Of a stretch of DNA of 64,000 bases, positions 1-11,495 are shown in pieces. The DNA comes from Woeseiaceae bacterium (lineage in GTDB: Bacteria; Pseudomonadota; Gammaproteobacteria; Steroidobacterales; Woeseiaceae). Each line of letters opens with the position of its first letter. Within the stretch, counting starts at the first letter, position 1. The translations under genes were made by a program, and so were the position numbers. The notes below the pieces were generated by a model. That model ran no database searches and was not told where the DNA came from. It was given only the letters and a program-made list of their open reading frames with translations. The DNA lies in the NCBI GenBank assembly GCA_037386905.1, contig JARRLQ010000001.1, positions 5,947-69,946 on the forward strand, written 5' to 3'.

Positions 1-9
1 TACTGCGGC

Positions 10-933
10 TCATCGGCGCCGGATCCGCGGGTCGATCACGGCGTAGAGAAGATCGACGGCGAGGTTCAACAGCACGACCAGCGCACCGTAAAAGATGACC
101 ACACCAAGCACCAGTGTGTAGTCGCGGTTCAGCGCGCTGCGCACGAACAGTTCGCCGAGGCCGGGAATACCGAAAATCTGCTCGACGACGACCGATCCCG
201 TCAGGATCGCGGCAATCGCCGGCCCCATGTACGACAACACGGGCAACATCGCTGGCTTCAGCGCGTGATAGCGCACGATGGCAGCCGTACCGAGGCCCTG
301 TGCACGTGCCGTGCGAATGAAGTCGCTGGCCAGCACATCGGCCATGCTGGCGCGAGTCAGCCTTGCGATGTAGGCGACCTGCGGCAGCGCCAGCGCGATG
401 ACTGGCAGGATCATGCGGCCAATGCCCGCGTTGCCGCTCCAGCCCGCGGGCAACCATTGCAATTTGACGGCAAGCAACAGGACCAGCACAGGCGCGATCA
501 CAAACACCGGTATCGAGATGCCGGTCATGGCAAACGCCATGACCAGGCGGTCGAGCAGCGAATTGCGTCGCAACGCCGCCGCCGTTCCGGCCAGCACGCC
601 GGTGACGAGCGCAAGAAGCATCGCCATCGCCCCGAGCTGTAATGATACGGGGAAGGCGCCGCCGATCAGCTCGCTGACCGTGTAATCGCGATAACGGTAT
701 GAAGGTCCGAAGTCACCGTGGGCCAGGTTCCAGAGATAGCCCAGGAACTGCTCGTACAACGGCTTGTCGAGATCGTAGGCCGTCTCCAGCGCGGCCCGCG
801 TCTCGGGGGGCAGTACGCGTTCTGCATCAAACGGGCCGCCCGGCGCGGCATGCACCATCAGAAAGGCGAGCACGATTACCAACAACAATGTCGGAATCGC
901 GCCCAGCAGTCGCTTCAGGGCGTATCGCAGCAA
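10..933 (-). CDS. ABC peptide/nickel-type transporter permease (OppB/DppB family)
   Basis: 307-aa ORF. The N-terminus MLRYALKRLLGAIPTLLLVIVLAFLMVHAAPGGPFD and multiple hydrophobic segments are typical of binding-protein-dependent peptide permeases. An ATGA overlap at 10-13 suggests an OppC-like partner starts at 13 and runs off the left edge. Confidence 0.85.
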   Translation of the reverse strand: MLRYALKRLLGAIPTLLLVIVLAFLMVHAAPGGPFDAERVLPPETRAALETAYDLDKPLYEQFLGYLWNLAHGDFGPSYRYRDYTVSELIGGAFPVSLQLGAMAMLLALVTGVLAGTAAALRRNSLLDRLVMAFAMTGISIPVFVIAPVLVLLLAVKLQWLPAGWSGNAGIGRMILPVIALALPQVAYIARLTRASMADVLASDFIRTARAQGLGTAAIVRYHALKPAMLPVLSYMGPAIAAILTGSVVVEQIFGIPGLGELFVRSALNRDYTLVLGVVIFYGALVVLLNLAVDLLYAVIDPRIRRR

Positions 934-945
934 AGCTTGTTCCGG

Positions 946-2573
<1,628 letters not shown>

Positions 2574-2577
<4 letters not shown>

Positions 2578-4421
2578 GCGCTTCTCCTGAGCTGGCGTTT
2601 CTTCAGGTGAATCAATAGCAGCGAAACAGCGGACGGCGTCATGCCTTCGAGGCGCGACGCCTGGCCAAGGGTAACCGGCCGGGCGACGTGCAGGCGCTGG
2701 CGAGCTTCGTTTGACAACCCGTCGACGGCATCATAGTCGAGGTCCGCCGGCAACCGCAGTGACTCCTGCTTCGCCTGTTTCGCTATTTCACGCTCCTGGC
2801 GGTCAATGTACCCGGCGTACTTGGCCTGTACTTCGACCTGTGTCTCAACTTGCTCGCGCAGCTCGTCCTCGAGTGCTGTCTCCATCGCACCGACCTGGGA
2901 CATTCCGACCACATCCGCGTAGCGGTTTTCCGGGCGCTTGAGCAGCTCGGCCGCACTGACGCCGTCCGGCCTGATACGGATCGAGCCGAGGCGGCGCTGT
3001 TCAGCGTCAATCGCCTCGATCTTCCGGTTGAACTCCCGCCAGCGCCTATCGTCAACCAGGCCGAGCTCCCGGCCAATCGGCGTCAATCGCTGGTCGGCAT
3101 TGTCCTCGCGCAGCGTCAACCGGTATTCGGCCCGGCTGGTAAACATGCGATACGGCTCGCTCACGCCACGTGTAACAAGGTCATCGACAAGAACACCGAC
3201 GTAAGCCTCCTGCCGCCGGGGGAACCACGGCTCCAGGTCCATCGCCTTGCGCGCCGCATTGAGACCAGCCAGCAGCCCCTGCGCGCCGGCCTCCTCGTAG
3301 CCCGTCGTGCCGTTGATCTGCCCGGCAAAAAACAGGCCCGACAGCGGCTTCGTCTCGAGCGTCGGATTGAGGTCGCGCGGGTCGAAGTAGTCGTACTCGA
3401 TCGCATAACCGGGCTGCGTGATGCGGGCATTGCCGAAACCCGGTATCGAGCGCACGAAGCGCTCCTGCGTTTCAAGTGGCAGGCTCGTCGAAATGCCGTT
3501 CGGGTAGACGATGTTCGTCGTGAGGCCTTCCGGTTCCACGAATACCTGGTGCGACGTTTTGTCAGCGAAGCGCACGATCTTGTCTTCGACTGACGGGCAG
3601 TAACGCGGCCCGACACCTTCGATGGCGCCGCTGAACATCGGCGACTCGTCGAGCGACTCGCGAATGATGTCGTGCGTCTGCTGCGTCGTTTTGGTGATGA
3701 AACAGGACACCTGGCGCGGGTGCTGCTCGCGACGGCCGAGAAACGAAAACACGGGCCTTGGCTCATCGCCCGGCTGTTCCTGCATGACGCTGAAGTCGAG
3801 CGTCCTGCCATCCAGCCGCGGTGGTGTGCCGGTTTTCAGTCGTGCGACCCGGAATGGCAGCTCCCGGAGACGCTCTGCCAAAGCAATCGACGGCGCATCG
3901 CCAACGCGCCCGCCCGCTTCCTCCGTGCGCCCGATCAGGATGCGCCCGCCAAGAAAGGTACCAACCGTTATAACGACGGCACGCGCACGAAACTCGAGCC
4001 CGCCTTCGGTGACAACGCCAACGACACTTTCACCTTTCACCACAATGTCGTCGACGGACTGCTCGACTATCGACAGGTTGGGGTGGTCCTCGAGCACCGC
4101 CCGAATCGCCGCCTTGTAGAGTTCGCGATCGGCCTGCGCCCGGGTTGCCCTGACGGCCGGACCCTTGCTCGCATTGAGCGTGCGGAACTGGATGCCGGCG
4201 CTGTCGATCGCCGCGGCCATCGCGCCGCCCAGGGCATCGATTTCCCGGGTCAGGTGGCCCTTGCCGATGCCTCCAATCGCCGGATTGCAGCTCATCTGCC
4301 CAAGGCCGGCAACACTTTGCGTCACCAGCAGCGTGCGCGCACCCGCGCGCGCGGCAGCCAGCGAGGCTTCCGTCCCGGCGTGGCCGCCCCCGACCACGAT
4401 GACGTCATACGAATTCGACAT
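2574..4421 (-). CDS. mnmG: tRNA uridine 5-carboxymethylaminomethyl modification enzyme MnmG (GidA)
   Basis: 615-aa ORF. It has the FAD-binding N-terminus [27 protein letters not shown] and conserved blocks [14 protein letters not shown] and [11 protein letters not shown]. Confidence 0.97.
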
Positions 4422-4520
4422 TGGTTAAATATTGACCAGCAAAGGTCGCGCATTTTAGCGCTTTACTTGTCCCCAGCATATGGCCAAGATGTCGTCCCGG
4501 CAGGATTCCACGGACCATTT

Positions 4521-5978
4521 ATGTTCAGAACGCCGTTCAAGGCGCTGCTGCTTTTTTGCTTGCTGACGGCCGGTACTCCGGCGGCCGCCCTCGATCTCGA
4601 GGACTGCCGAATCAGCGCTGGACCCGGGTACCCGGGCATCAAGGCCCGTTGTGGCACGTTCCTGCGTCCACTGGACCCGTCGCAGCCGGGCGGGGAACAG
4701 CTGGAACTCCGCGTTGCCATCGTGCCGGCACTTAACCTCGAGCCGCAACCCGACCCTCTGGTGCCTTTTGCCGGCGGGCCGGGCGGTAGTTCGATCCAGT
4801 TCTACGCTGGTTATTTCTCCGCTTTCGAGCCAGTGCGGCGCGACCGCGACATCCTGCTCATTGACCAGCGCGGCACCGGCGATTCGGCGCGCATGGACTG
4901 CCCGATCGATGACGACATCATCGAGGGCCAGTTCGACGAAGAGACGACGCTCGAGTTTACCCGCGCGTGTCTCGATCAGCTGCCCCACGACCCCCGGTTC
5001 TTCACGACGAGTGTCGCCGTCGATGACCTCGAGGCGCTGCGTGTCGAGCTCGGCTACCCGGCACTGAACCTGCTCGGCACGTCTTACGGCTCGCGCGTCG
5101 CGCAACACTTCGCGCGCCGTTACCCGGAGTCGACACGCACTGTTGTTCTGGATGGCGTCGTCCCGCCGCAGCTGCCACTCGGCCCGGGCATCGCGCTCGA
5201 AGCGCAACGCGCCGCCGATGAAATTTTTGCACGGTGCGCCGAGGATAGTGCCTGCAACGAGCATTTTCCGGAGATCGACCTCGACTTCGCCGCCGTGCGT
5301 TCGCGCGTCACGAATGAGCCGATCGTCGTTTCCCTTCTCGACCCCGTGACCGGCCGGCCGGCCGAGATCGAGTTTGGCCGTAACGAGCTGGCCGCGGCTG
5401 TGCGCCTGCTCGCGTACCAGCCACAAACAATCGCGTTGCTGCCGCTCGTCATTCACGAGGCCGCGAACGACAACTTCGTGCCCATTGCGGCACAGTTCCA
5501 GCTGACCGTGACCAGCCTTATGGACGCCCTTGCCCTCGGCATGCACAACTCCGTCATGTGTACCGAGGACCTGCCGTTCATCGATCGCGACACTGTTGAC
5601 ATTGAAGCGCTCGAAGCGACATTTATCGGCGCCATGCAGTTCGAAGCACTCGATACGATCTGTTCAGCCTGGCCGCACGGGCCGATCGATGACGATTTCA
5701 ACGAACCGCTGGCGACCGACCTGCCAGTATTGCTGTTGTCCGGTTCAGCCGATCCCGTGACGCCGCCCGGCTACGCCGAGATGGCGCTGGTCGAGATGAC
5801 GAATCACGCTCACATCATCAACACGAACCAGGGACACGGGCAGATTGCGGCGGGGTGTATGCCGGACGTCATTGCGAGATTCATCGATTCCGCTGACCCG
5901 GCGGACCTCGATGTCTCGTGCATGGAGCGAGCCTTCGTCATGCCGTTCTTCGTGGATTTCTCGGGGCCGACGCCGTGA
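4521..5978 (+). CDS. secreted alpha/beta hydrolase, S33 tripeptidyl/prolyl aminopeptidase-like
   Basis: This is the in-frame ATG at 4521 within the long 3672-5978 ORF. The upstream part of that ORF is antisense to mnmG. Signal peptide MFRTPFKALLLFCLLTAGTPAAA, oxyanion motif GGPGGSS, nucleophile elbow GTSYGS, and C-terminal LLLSGSADPVTP. Confidence 0.8.
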   Translation: MFRTPFKALLLFCLLTAGTPAAALDLEDCRISAGPGYPGIKARCGTFLRPLDPSQPGGEQLELRVAIVPALNLEPQPDPLVPFAGGPGGSSIQFYAGYFSAFEPVRRDRDILLIDQRGTGDSARMDCPIDDDIIEGQFDEETTLEFTRACLDQLPHDPRFFTTSVAVDDLEALRVELGYPALNLLGTSYGSRVAQHFARRYPESTRTVVLDGVVPPQLPLGPGIALEAQRAADEIFARCAEDSACNEHFPEIDLDFAAVRSRVTNEPIVVSLLDPVTGRPAEIEFGRNELAAAVRLLAYQPQTIALLPLVIHEAANDNFVPIAAQFQLTVTSLMDALALGMHNSVMCTEDLPFIDRDTVDIEALEATFIGAMQFEALDTICSAWPHGPIDDDFNEPLATDLPVLLLSGSADPVTPPGYAEMALVEMTNHAHIINTNQGHGQIAAGCMPDVIARFIDSADPADLDVSCMERAFVMPFFVDFSGPTP

Positions 5979-6703
5979 TTCACGTCGAAAACATTCACAA
6001 GTCTTTCGGCAAGGTAAAGGCCGTTCGCGGCGTCAGCTTCGCTGCCCCCGATGGCAAGATCACGGGTCTGCTCGGGCCCAATGGCGCCGGCAAATCGACG
6101 ACATTGCGCGTGCTGTACACGGTGCTGCAGCCAGACCGGGGCTCGGCGACAATCGATGGTATCGATGTCGTTAGAGACAGCCTTGCCGCGCGCCAGTCTA
6201 TTGGCGCATTGCCACACGGCGCCGGCCTTTACCCGCACCTGACGGCCCGCGAGAACATCGCGTATTACGCGAAGCTTTGCGGCCTCGCCAACAGCGAGCG
6301 AGACGACCGCGTCCAGCACCTCGTCAGGCTTCTCGAAATCGACGACTTTGCCGACCGCAGGACCAAGGGTTTTTCGCAGGGTCAGCGCACCAAGGTATCG
6401 ATCGCGCGAGCGCTCGTGCATAACCCGCAAAACGTGATCCTGGATGAGCCATCGAACGGCCTTGATGTCATGGCCACGCGGTCGCTGCGCGACCTCATAC
6501 TCAAGCTCAAGGAGGCCGGTCACTGCGTGTTGTTCTCGAGCCACGTCATGCAGGAGGTCGCCGCCCTCTGTGATGACATCGTCATTATCGCCAATGGCAA
6601 GGTCGCCATCGATGATTCCGCCGAGGGCATTCGCGAGCGCACGGGTTGTGACGACCTCGAGGATGCTTTCGTCAAGGCAATCGAAATGGTGGGGCCGGCC
6701 TGA
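5975..6703 (+). CDS. ABC transporter ATP-binding protein (NatA-like, ABC-2 type exporter)
   Basis: Walker A GPNGAGKST, signature FSQGQRTKVSIARAL, Walker B VILDEP. The start is placed at GTG 5975, which overlaps the upstream stop (GTGA). The ATG at 5918 would overlap the hydrolase gene by 61 nt. Confidence 0.85.
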   Translation: MIHVENIHKSFGKVKAVRGVSFAAPDGKITGLLGPNGAGKSTTLRVLYTVLQPDRGSATIDGIDVVRDSLAARQSIGALPHGAGLYPHLTARENIAYYAKLCGLANSERDDRVQHLVRLLEIDDFADRRTKGFSQGQRTKVSIARALVHNPQNVILDEPSNGLDVMATRSLRDLILKLKEAGHCVLFSSHVMQEVAALCDDIVIIANGKVAIDDSAEGIRERTGCDDLEDAFVKAIEMVGPA

Positions 6704-7881
6704 TGCGCACGATGCTGACAGTGTTTGCCAAGGAGGTCGTCGACAACTTCCGCGACCGCCGCACACTTGCATCCGCGCTGATCATGGGCCCGCTGTTCGG
6801 TCCGATGCTGTTCGCTTTCGTTATCAACCTGTCGCTGGAGCGCGCGCTGGACGAGCCCGACCGCGTGCTCGAAGTGCCCGTCGTCGGGCAAGAGCATGCG
6901 CCAAACCTGATGGACTACCTGTGGAGCCACAACATCAGGGTCGTCGAGGGGCCAGGCAGCCGTGACGACGCCATCGAGGCTGTCAATGCCGGTGAGCACG
7001 ATGTGATCGTCGTCGTTCCGGGGGCCTTTGGTGAACAGCTCGCCGGAAGCGTGCCGGCGCGCGTTGAGCTGATTTCCGACCAGGCCAATACACAGGCGGA
7101 ACGCGACGCGCGCAGGGTGCGTAGCGCGTTACACGGTTACAGCCAGGAACTGGCGACGATGCGTCTCGTCGCGCGGGGCGTCAGCCCGCAGGTGCTGCGG
7201 CCGATCAACGTCGACGAAGTGGACGTGTCCACGCCCAGCGGTCGCTCTGCAATGCTGCTCGGCATGATGAGCTACTTCTTCATTTTCGCGCTGCTCATGG
7301 GTGGCATGTATCTCGCCATCGATACCACCGCCGGGGAGCGCGAGCGAGGTTCGCTGGAGCCGCTGCTGTCGCTGCCGGTGACGCGCGACCAGCTCATGCT
7401 CGGCAAGATTGCGGCGACCTGTGTCTTCATGGCCGTGTCCCTGCTGCTGAGCCTGTGCTCGTTCTACGTAGCGCTCAAGTTCATGCCGCTGCAGCAACTC
7501 GGCATGACGCCGAACTTCAGCCCGTCGGTTGTCGCTGCCGCCTTCCTCGTGCTCGTTCCGTTTGTCGTGCTGGGCGCGTCACTGATGACGCTCGTCGCAT
7601 CCTTTACCAAGAGCTACAAGGAGGCCCAGACATGGCTCAGCATCGTGCTGGTGGCGCCGACTTTGCCGATACTGATTGTCAGCATCCTGACGCTGCGCCC
7701 GCAGCTCGAATTCATGTTTATACCGAGTCTCAGCCAGCACCTGATCCTCGTCGACATGATCAAGAACGAACCGGTCAATGCGTTACACGTCGCCATTTCA
7801 GTGACCAGCACGCTGGCCATAGGTGCGGCGCTCACCTGGATTTGCGCCCGGCTGTATCGGCGCGAGGGGCTGCTGGGGTAG
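6703..7881 (+). CDS. ABC-2 family exporter permease (NatB-like)
   Basis: 392-aa ORF. It has one N-terminal TM segment, a large extracytoplasmic loop and C-terminal TM bundles, and begins MRTMLTVFAKEVVDNFRDRRTL, typical of NatB-type permeases. It overlaps the natA-like stop by 1 nt. Confidence 0.8.
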   Translation: MRTMLTVFAKEVVDNFRDRRTLASALIMGPLFGPMLFAFVINLSLERALDEPDRVLEVPVVGQEHAPNLMDYLWSHNIRVVEGPGSRDDAIEAVNAGEHDVIVVVPGAFGEQLAGSVPARVELISDQANTQAERDARRVRSALHGYSQELATMRLVARGVSPQVLRPINVDEVDVSTPSGRSAMLLGMMSYFFIFALLMGGMYLAIDTTAGERERGSLEPLLSLPVTRDQLMLGKIAATCVFMAVSLLLSLCSFYVALKFMPLQQLGMTPNFSPSVVAAAFLVLVPFVVLGASLMTLVASFTKSYKEAQTWLSIVLVAPTLPILIVSILTLRPQLEFMFIPSLSQHLILVDMIKNEPVNALHVAISVTSTLAIGAALTWICARLYRREGLLG

Positions 7882-7890
7882 GATTCCGCT

Positions 7891-9552
7891 ATGGCTCTAT
7901 TTGCCGAATTGCGCCGCCGCAACGTTTTCAAGGTTGCCCTGCTGTATGCCATTTCCAGCTGGCTGGTCGTCTGGTTTGTCGGGGCGATCCAGGCGCAGGC
8001 TGAGTTGCCGGCGTGGACCGAGACGTTCATGTATTTCGTGCTCGTCGTCGGCTTCCCCGTTGCGTTGTGGTTTGCGTGGACCTACGAGATTACGCCGGTC
8101 GGTCTCAAGAAGGCCGTTGACGTCGACCAGACGCAGTCGATCGTCTACAAGACCGGGCAAAAGCTCAACGCGGCCGTTGCCGTGCTCGTGGTGCTCGGTG
8201 TGCTGGCCGTGTTCGGGCAGCGCCTGCTGCCGACCTTCCACTTCCCGTTCCCCGGCGTTCCCAAGGGCGAAGCGCCGATATCGCAGAGGGCGCCCGCCGA
8301 GATCCGCAGCCTGACGCTCGACAACGGCCTCGAGATCATCGTGTGGCCGGATCACGACATCCCGAACGTCGCGATGTACACATTCGTCCGCGCCGGTGGT
8401 CGCAATGAATATCCGGGCATCACCGGGCTGTCGCATTTCTTCGAACACATGATGTTCCTCGGCACCGAGAACCTGGAGCCGGGCGAGTTCGACAAAACCA
8501 TGGAAGCCGCGGGCGGTAGCAACAACGCCTACACTACCCCGGACGTAACCGTGTACACCGACTGGTTTCCGCGGTCGGCCCTTGAAACCATCTTCGAGAT
8601 CGAGGCCGACCGCTTCCAGAACCTGCAGCTGTATGAAGACGTCGTGCAAAGCGAGCGCGAGGTTGTCTATTCCGAGCGCCGCTCTTCGGTAGACAACAAC
8701 AACTTCATGAAGCTGTATGAACAAATGCGGGCTACAGCATTTGTCGCCCATCCTTATCAGTTTCCCGTGATTGGCTGGCCCTCCGATATCGAGAACTGGA
8801 CGCTCGAGGACCTGCAAAGCTATTACCAGACGTATTACGCACCCAATAACCTCACAATGGTGATTGCCGGGGACGTCACACCGGAGGAGGTCTTCCGTCT
8901 GGCCGACAGGCATTTCTCACCGATTCCCGCGCAGGAGCCGCCGCCGCCCATTCGCACGGTAGAGCCGGTTCAGGATGGCGCCCGCCACATCGTCGTCGAG
9001 TCGCCAGCCCAGACACCGCTGTTGCATGTCGCGTTCCACAGCAGCGCTGCGCGCGATCCGCAAACACTGCACATGAACCTGTTGCTGAATATTCTTGCCG
9101 GCGGTGACTCGTCGCGACTGCACCGCCGCCTGGTCGAGGACGAAGGCATTGCGTTGTCGGTCGGGGTGTTCGTCGACGAAGGTTTCGATCCCGGCCTGAC
9201 CTATTTCTACCTGACGTTGCCGCCGCGCGGCGATCTTGCAACTGCCGAGAGGCGCCTGCTCGAAGAACTGGCGCGCGTTGCCGATGAGGGCGTAGCCGAA
9301 GAAGAGCTCAACAAGGCGCGCAACATCATGCTCGCCGATTTCTGGCGGGAGATGTCGACCATCAGCGGCAAAGCCGGCGCGGCCGGAAATTTTGCCGTTT
9401 TTCACGGCAATTACGAAAAGCTTTTCAATCTCCCGAGTGACGTCGAGGCCGTAACTGTCAGCGACCTGCAATCCCTTGCCGCGGCAGTTTTTGACGAGGA
9501 CAACATGACCGTCGGCACGCTCGTCGCCCCCGATGAGGAGGAAGCCGAATGA
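7891..9552 (+). CDS. M16 (pitrilysin/insulinase) family zinc peptidase, catalytic subunit, with N-terminal membrane anchor
   Basis: Inverted zinc motif HFFEHMMFLGTE (HxxEH). The N-terminal segment MALFAELRRRNVFKVALLYAISSWLVVWFVG is a hydrophobic anchor. 553 aa. Confidence 0.85.
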   Translation: MALFAELRRRNVFKVALLYAISSWLVVWFVGAIQAQAELPAWTETFMYFVLVVGFPVALWFAWTYEITPVGLKKAVDVDQTQSIVYKTGQKLNAAVAVLVVLGVLAVFGQRLLPTFHFPFPGVPKGEAPISQRAPAEIRSLTLDNGLEIIVWPDHDIPNVAMYTFVRAGGRNEYPGITGLSHFFEHMMFLGTENLEPGEFDKTMEAAGGSNNAYTTPDVTVYTDWFPRSALETIFEIEADRFQNLQLYEDVVQSEREVVYSERRSSVDNNNFMKLYEQMRATAFVAHPYQFPVIGWPSDIENWTLEDLQSYYQTYYAPNNLTMVIAGDVTPEEVFRLADRHFSPIPAQEPPPPIRTVEPVQDGARHIVVESPAQTPLLHVAFHSSAARDPQTLHMNLLLNILAGGDSSRLHRRLVEDEGIALSVGVFVDEGFDPGLTYFYLTLPPRGDLATAERRLLEELARVADEGVAEEELNKARNIMLADFWREMSTISGKAGAAGNFAVFHGNYEKLFNLPSDVEAVTVSDLQSLAAAVFDEDNMTVGTLVAPDEEEAE

Positions 9553-10943
9553 GCCGACTGCGGATTTTCTTGCTGGTCCTGGTCGCCGCTTTCGGAAACG
9601 CGGCCATGGCGCAGGGCGTCGCGCTTCCCGAATATCACTATGTCGAGCTCGACAATGGCGCCGTCTTTATATTGACCGAGAAACGCGACGTGCCGTTGAT
9701 CGGTGTCACCGCGCTGCTGCGCGGCGGCGCTGTCACCGACCCCGAAGGGAAGGCCGGCCTTAGCTCCATCTTTGCAGAGATGTTGCAGAAAGGCGCCGGT
9801 TCGCGGGACGCGGAGGCTTTCGCGGAAGCCGTCGACTCTGCCGGCGCAACGCTGTCGACATCGGCCGGTCTCGAAACGATTTCCATATCCGGCGAATTCC
9901 TTGCACAGGATGCGGGCCTCCTGGTCGAACTCATTTCCGACATGCTGAAAGATCCCGCGTTGCAAAAACGCGAGTTCGAAAAATTGCGCGACCGTAACGC
10001 CGACCTGCTGCGCGCGGCGAAGGATGGCGACCTGCGATCGCTGTCGCCGATTTACGGCAGCGCCTGGCTGTTCCGCGACCATCCTTACGGCACGCCGGTC
10101 GATGGTGACGAGTCATCGCTTGCCAGCCTGCGCCACGACGACCTTGTCAATTACTACCGCGATTACGTCGGTGCCGACCGCGTGATCATTTCGGTCGTTG
10201 GCGATTTTGATCCTGCGCAGATGATCAATGAGCTGACGGCGGCCTTCTCGGACTGGCGTGCGGCAGCAGAACCGCTGCCGGAAATCGAGCCGGCCGCGCC
10301 CGAGCAGGGGCGCCGTGTGTTGCTTGTCGACAAGCCGGGAGCCACACAAACATACTTCTGGATAGGCAATGTCGGCGTAGCGCGGAGCTTCCCGCAGCGC
10401 GCTGAGCTGGATATCGCCAACACGCTTTTCGGTGGCCGGTTTACATCGCTGCTCGTCGACGAGATGCGCACGAAGGCCGGCCTGACGTATGGCGTCTATT
10501 CGTCGCTGTCGCGGCCGACCTGGCCCGGGGCTTTCGCGATCGTGTCCTACACGAAGACCGACTCGACGATCGTTGCTATCGATCTTGCCATCGACCTGCT
10601 CGCGAAAATGCGCGAAGAGGGCTTTAGCGATGAGCTCGTTACTTCCGGAAAGAACTACATCCTCGGCCAGTTTCCGCCGCGTCTCGAGACTGCCGCGCAG
10701 CTGGCGAACCAATTCGCCGCGCTGCAAGCCGCCGGCCTCGACGAGTCTTATATCAATAACTATGGCGACGCTGTCGCCGGCGCCGCCAGCGAAGACATCA
10801 TGACCGTCATCAAGGATGTTTATCCTGCTCCCGATGACCTTGTGCTGGTCATCATCGGCGACGCCAGTCAGATCCGCGAAGACATTGCCAAGTATGGCCC
10901 CGTCACCGAGATGTCGATCACCGAGCCGCACTTCACCCCCTAA
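9549..10943 (+). CDS. M16 family peptidase, non-catalytic partner subunit
   Basis: 464-aa ORF with signal peptide MSRLRIFLLVLVAAFGNAAMA and an M16 fold-like sequence. The position equivalent to HxxEH is degenerate (SIFAEML). ATGA overlap with the upstream M16 gene. Confidence 0.8.
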   Translation: MSRLRIFLLVLVAAFGNAAMAQGVALPEYHYVELDNGAVFILTEKRDVPLIGVTALLRGGAVTDPEGKAGLSSIFAEMLQKGAGSRDAEAFAEAVDSAGATLSTSAGLETISISGEFLAQDAGLLVELISDMLKDPALQKREFEKLRDRNADLLRAAKDGDLRSLSPIYGSAWLFRDHPYGTPVDGDESSLASLRHDDLVNYYRDYVGADRVIISVVGDFDPAQMINELTAAFSDWRAAAEPLPEIEPAAPEQGRRVLLVDKPGATQTYFWIGNVGVARSFPQRAELDIANTLFGGRFTSLLVDEMRTKAGLTYGVYSSLSRPTWPGAFAIVSYTKTDSTIVAIDLAIDLLAKMREEGFSDELVTSGKNYILGQFPPRLETAAQLANQFAALQAAGLDESYINNYGDAVAGAASEDIMTVIKDVYPAPDDLVLVIIGDASQIREDIAKYGPVTEMSITEPHFTP

Positions 10944-11389
10944 TCATCCAGCGAATCGACGAGCGCAAGAAAGCACTCCGGGTTGACGAAGATTGCTGCC
11001 GTACAGGCGGCTACGAGTGCTGTTCCGAGCAGGGCATGTCCGGCGTTCGTCAGTGCCTTGTCAGCCTTCTTCTCGAGTGCCGACGGTGGCGGCTCATAGC
11101 GGCCGATCACCAGCTCGATGCCGAAAGCCTCGAATTCGCCGTAAGCAGCGTCGATTTCGCGGCCGTCGCGCCCGGTCCCGGTGACGCCGATGCCGTCAAT
11201 TTCGGAAATCAGGATCCACTCTTTCTCTCCGGGGGTCGCGCTGTCGTCGCCCCAGATGACGAGCGCCTTGTCGCCGCTGGCATAGCCGTACAGCGCGCGC
11301 GTCGGGTCGGCCTGCAGCTCGCCGGTGCTCGAGCAGCCCACCATCGGGATAATTGCCATGCAGAGAATCCAGCGTCTTACCCGTTTCAT
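10940..11389 (-). CDS. hypothetical lipoprotein
   Basis: Lipobox in MKRVRRWILCMAIIPMVGCSS. A strong Shine-Dalgarno (GAGGAGGAGG) lies just upstream of the ATG at 11389. I recognise no family. Confidence 0.6.
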   Translation of the reverse strand: MKRVRRWILCMAIIPMVGCSSTGELQADPTRALYGYASGDKALVIWGDDSATPGEKEWILISEIDGIGVTGTGRDGREIDAAYGEFEAFGIELVIGRYEPPPSALEKKADKALTNAGHALLGTALVAACTAAIFVNPECFLALVDSLDD

Positions 11390-11477
11390 GTCCGGCCTCC
11401 TCCTCTTCATGTTCAAAGATTAGGCGGACACGGGCCGCGCGTCCCGACGGGAAGCTGATCGTTTGCTGACGATGATC

Positions 11478-11495
11478 GGGGTCAGAGCCCTTTTT
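11478..11495. repeat. solo half-copy of the GGGGTCAGAGCCCTTTT palindromic repeat family
   Basis: The sequence ggggtcagagcccttttt lies immediately next to the mnmE stop codon. No complementary arm is visible nearby. Confidence 0.6.

Noticed and set aside
3672-4520. N-terminal 283 codons of the 768-aa plus-strand ORF 3672-5978
   Set aside because: This part is antisense to mnmG and has no protein-like features. A signal peptide starts at the internal ATG 4521, which gives a normal-sized S33 hydrolase.
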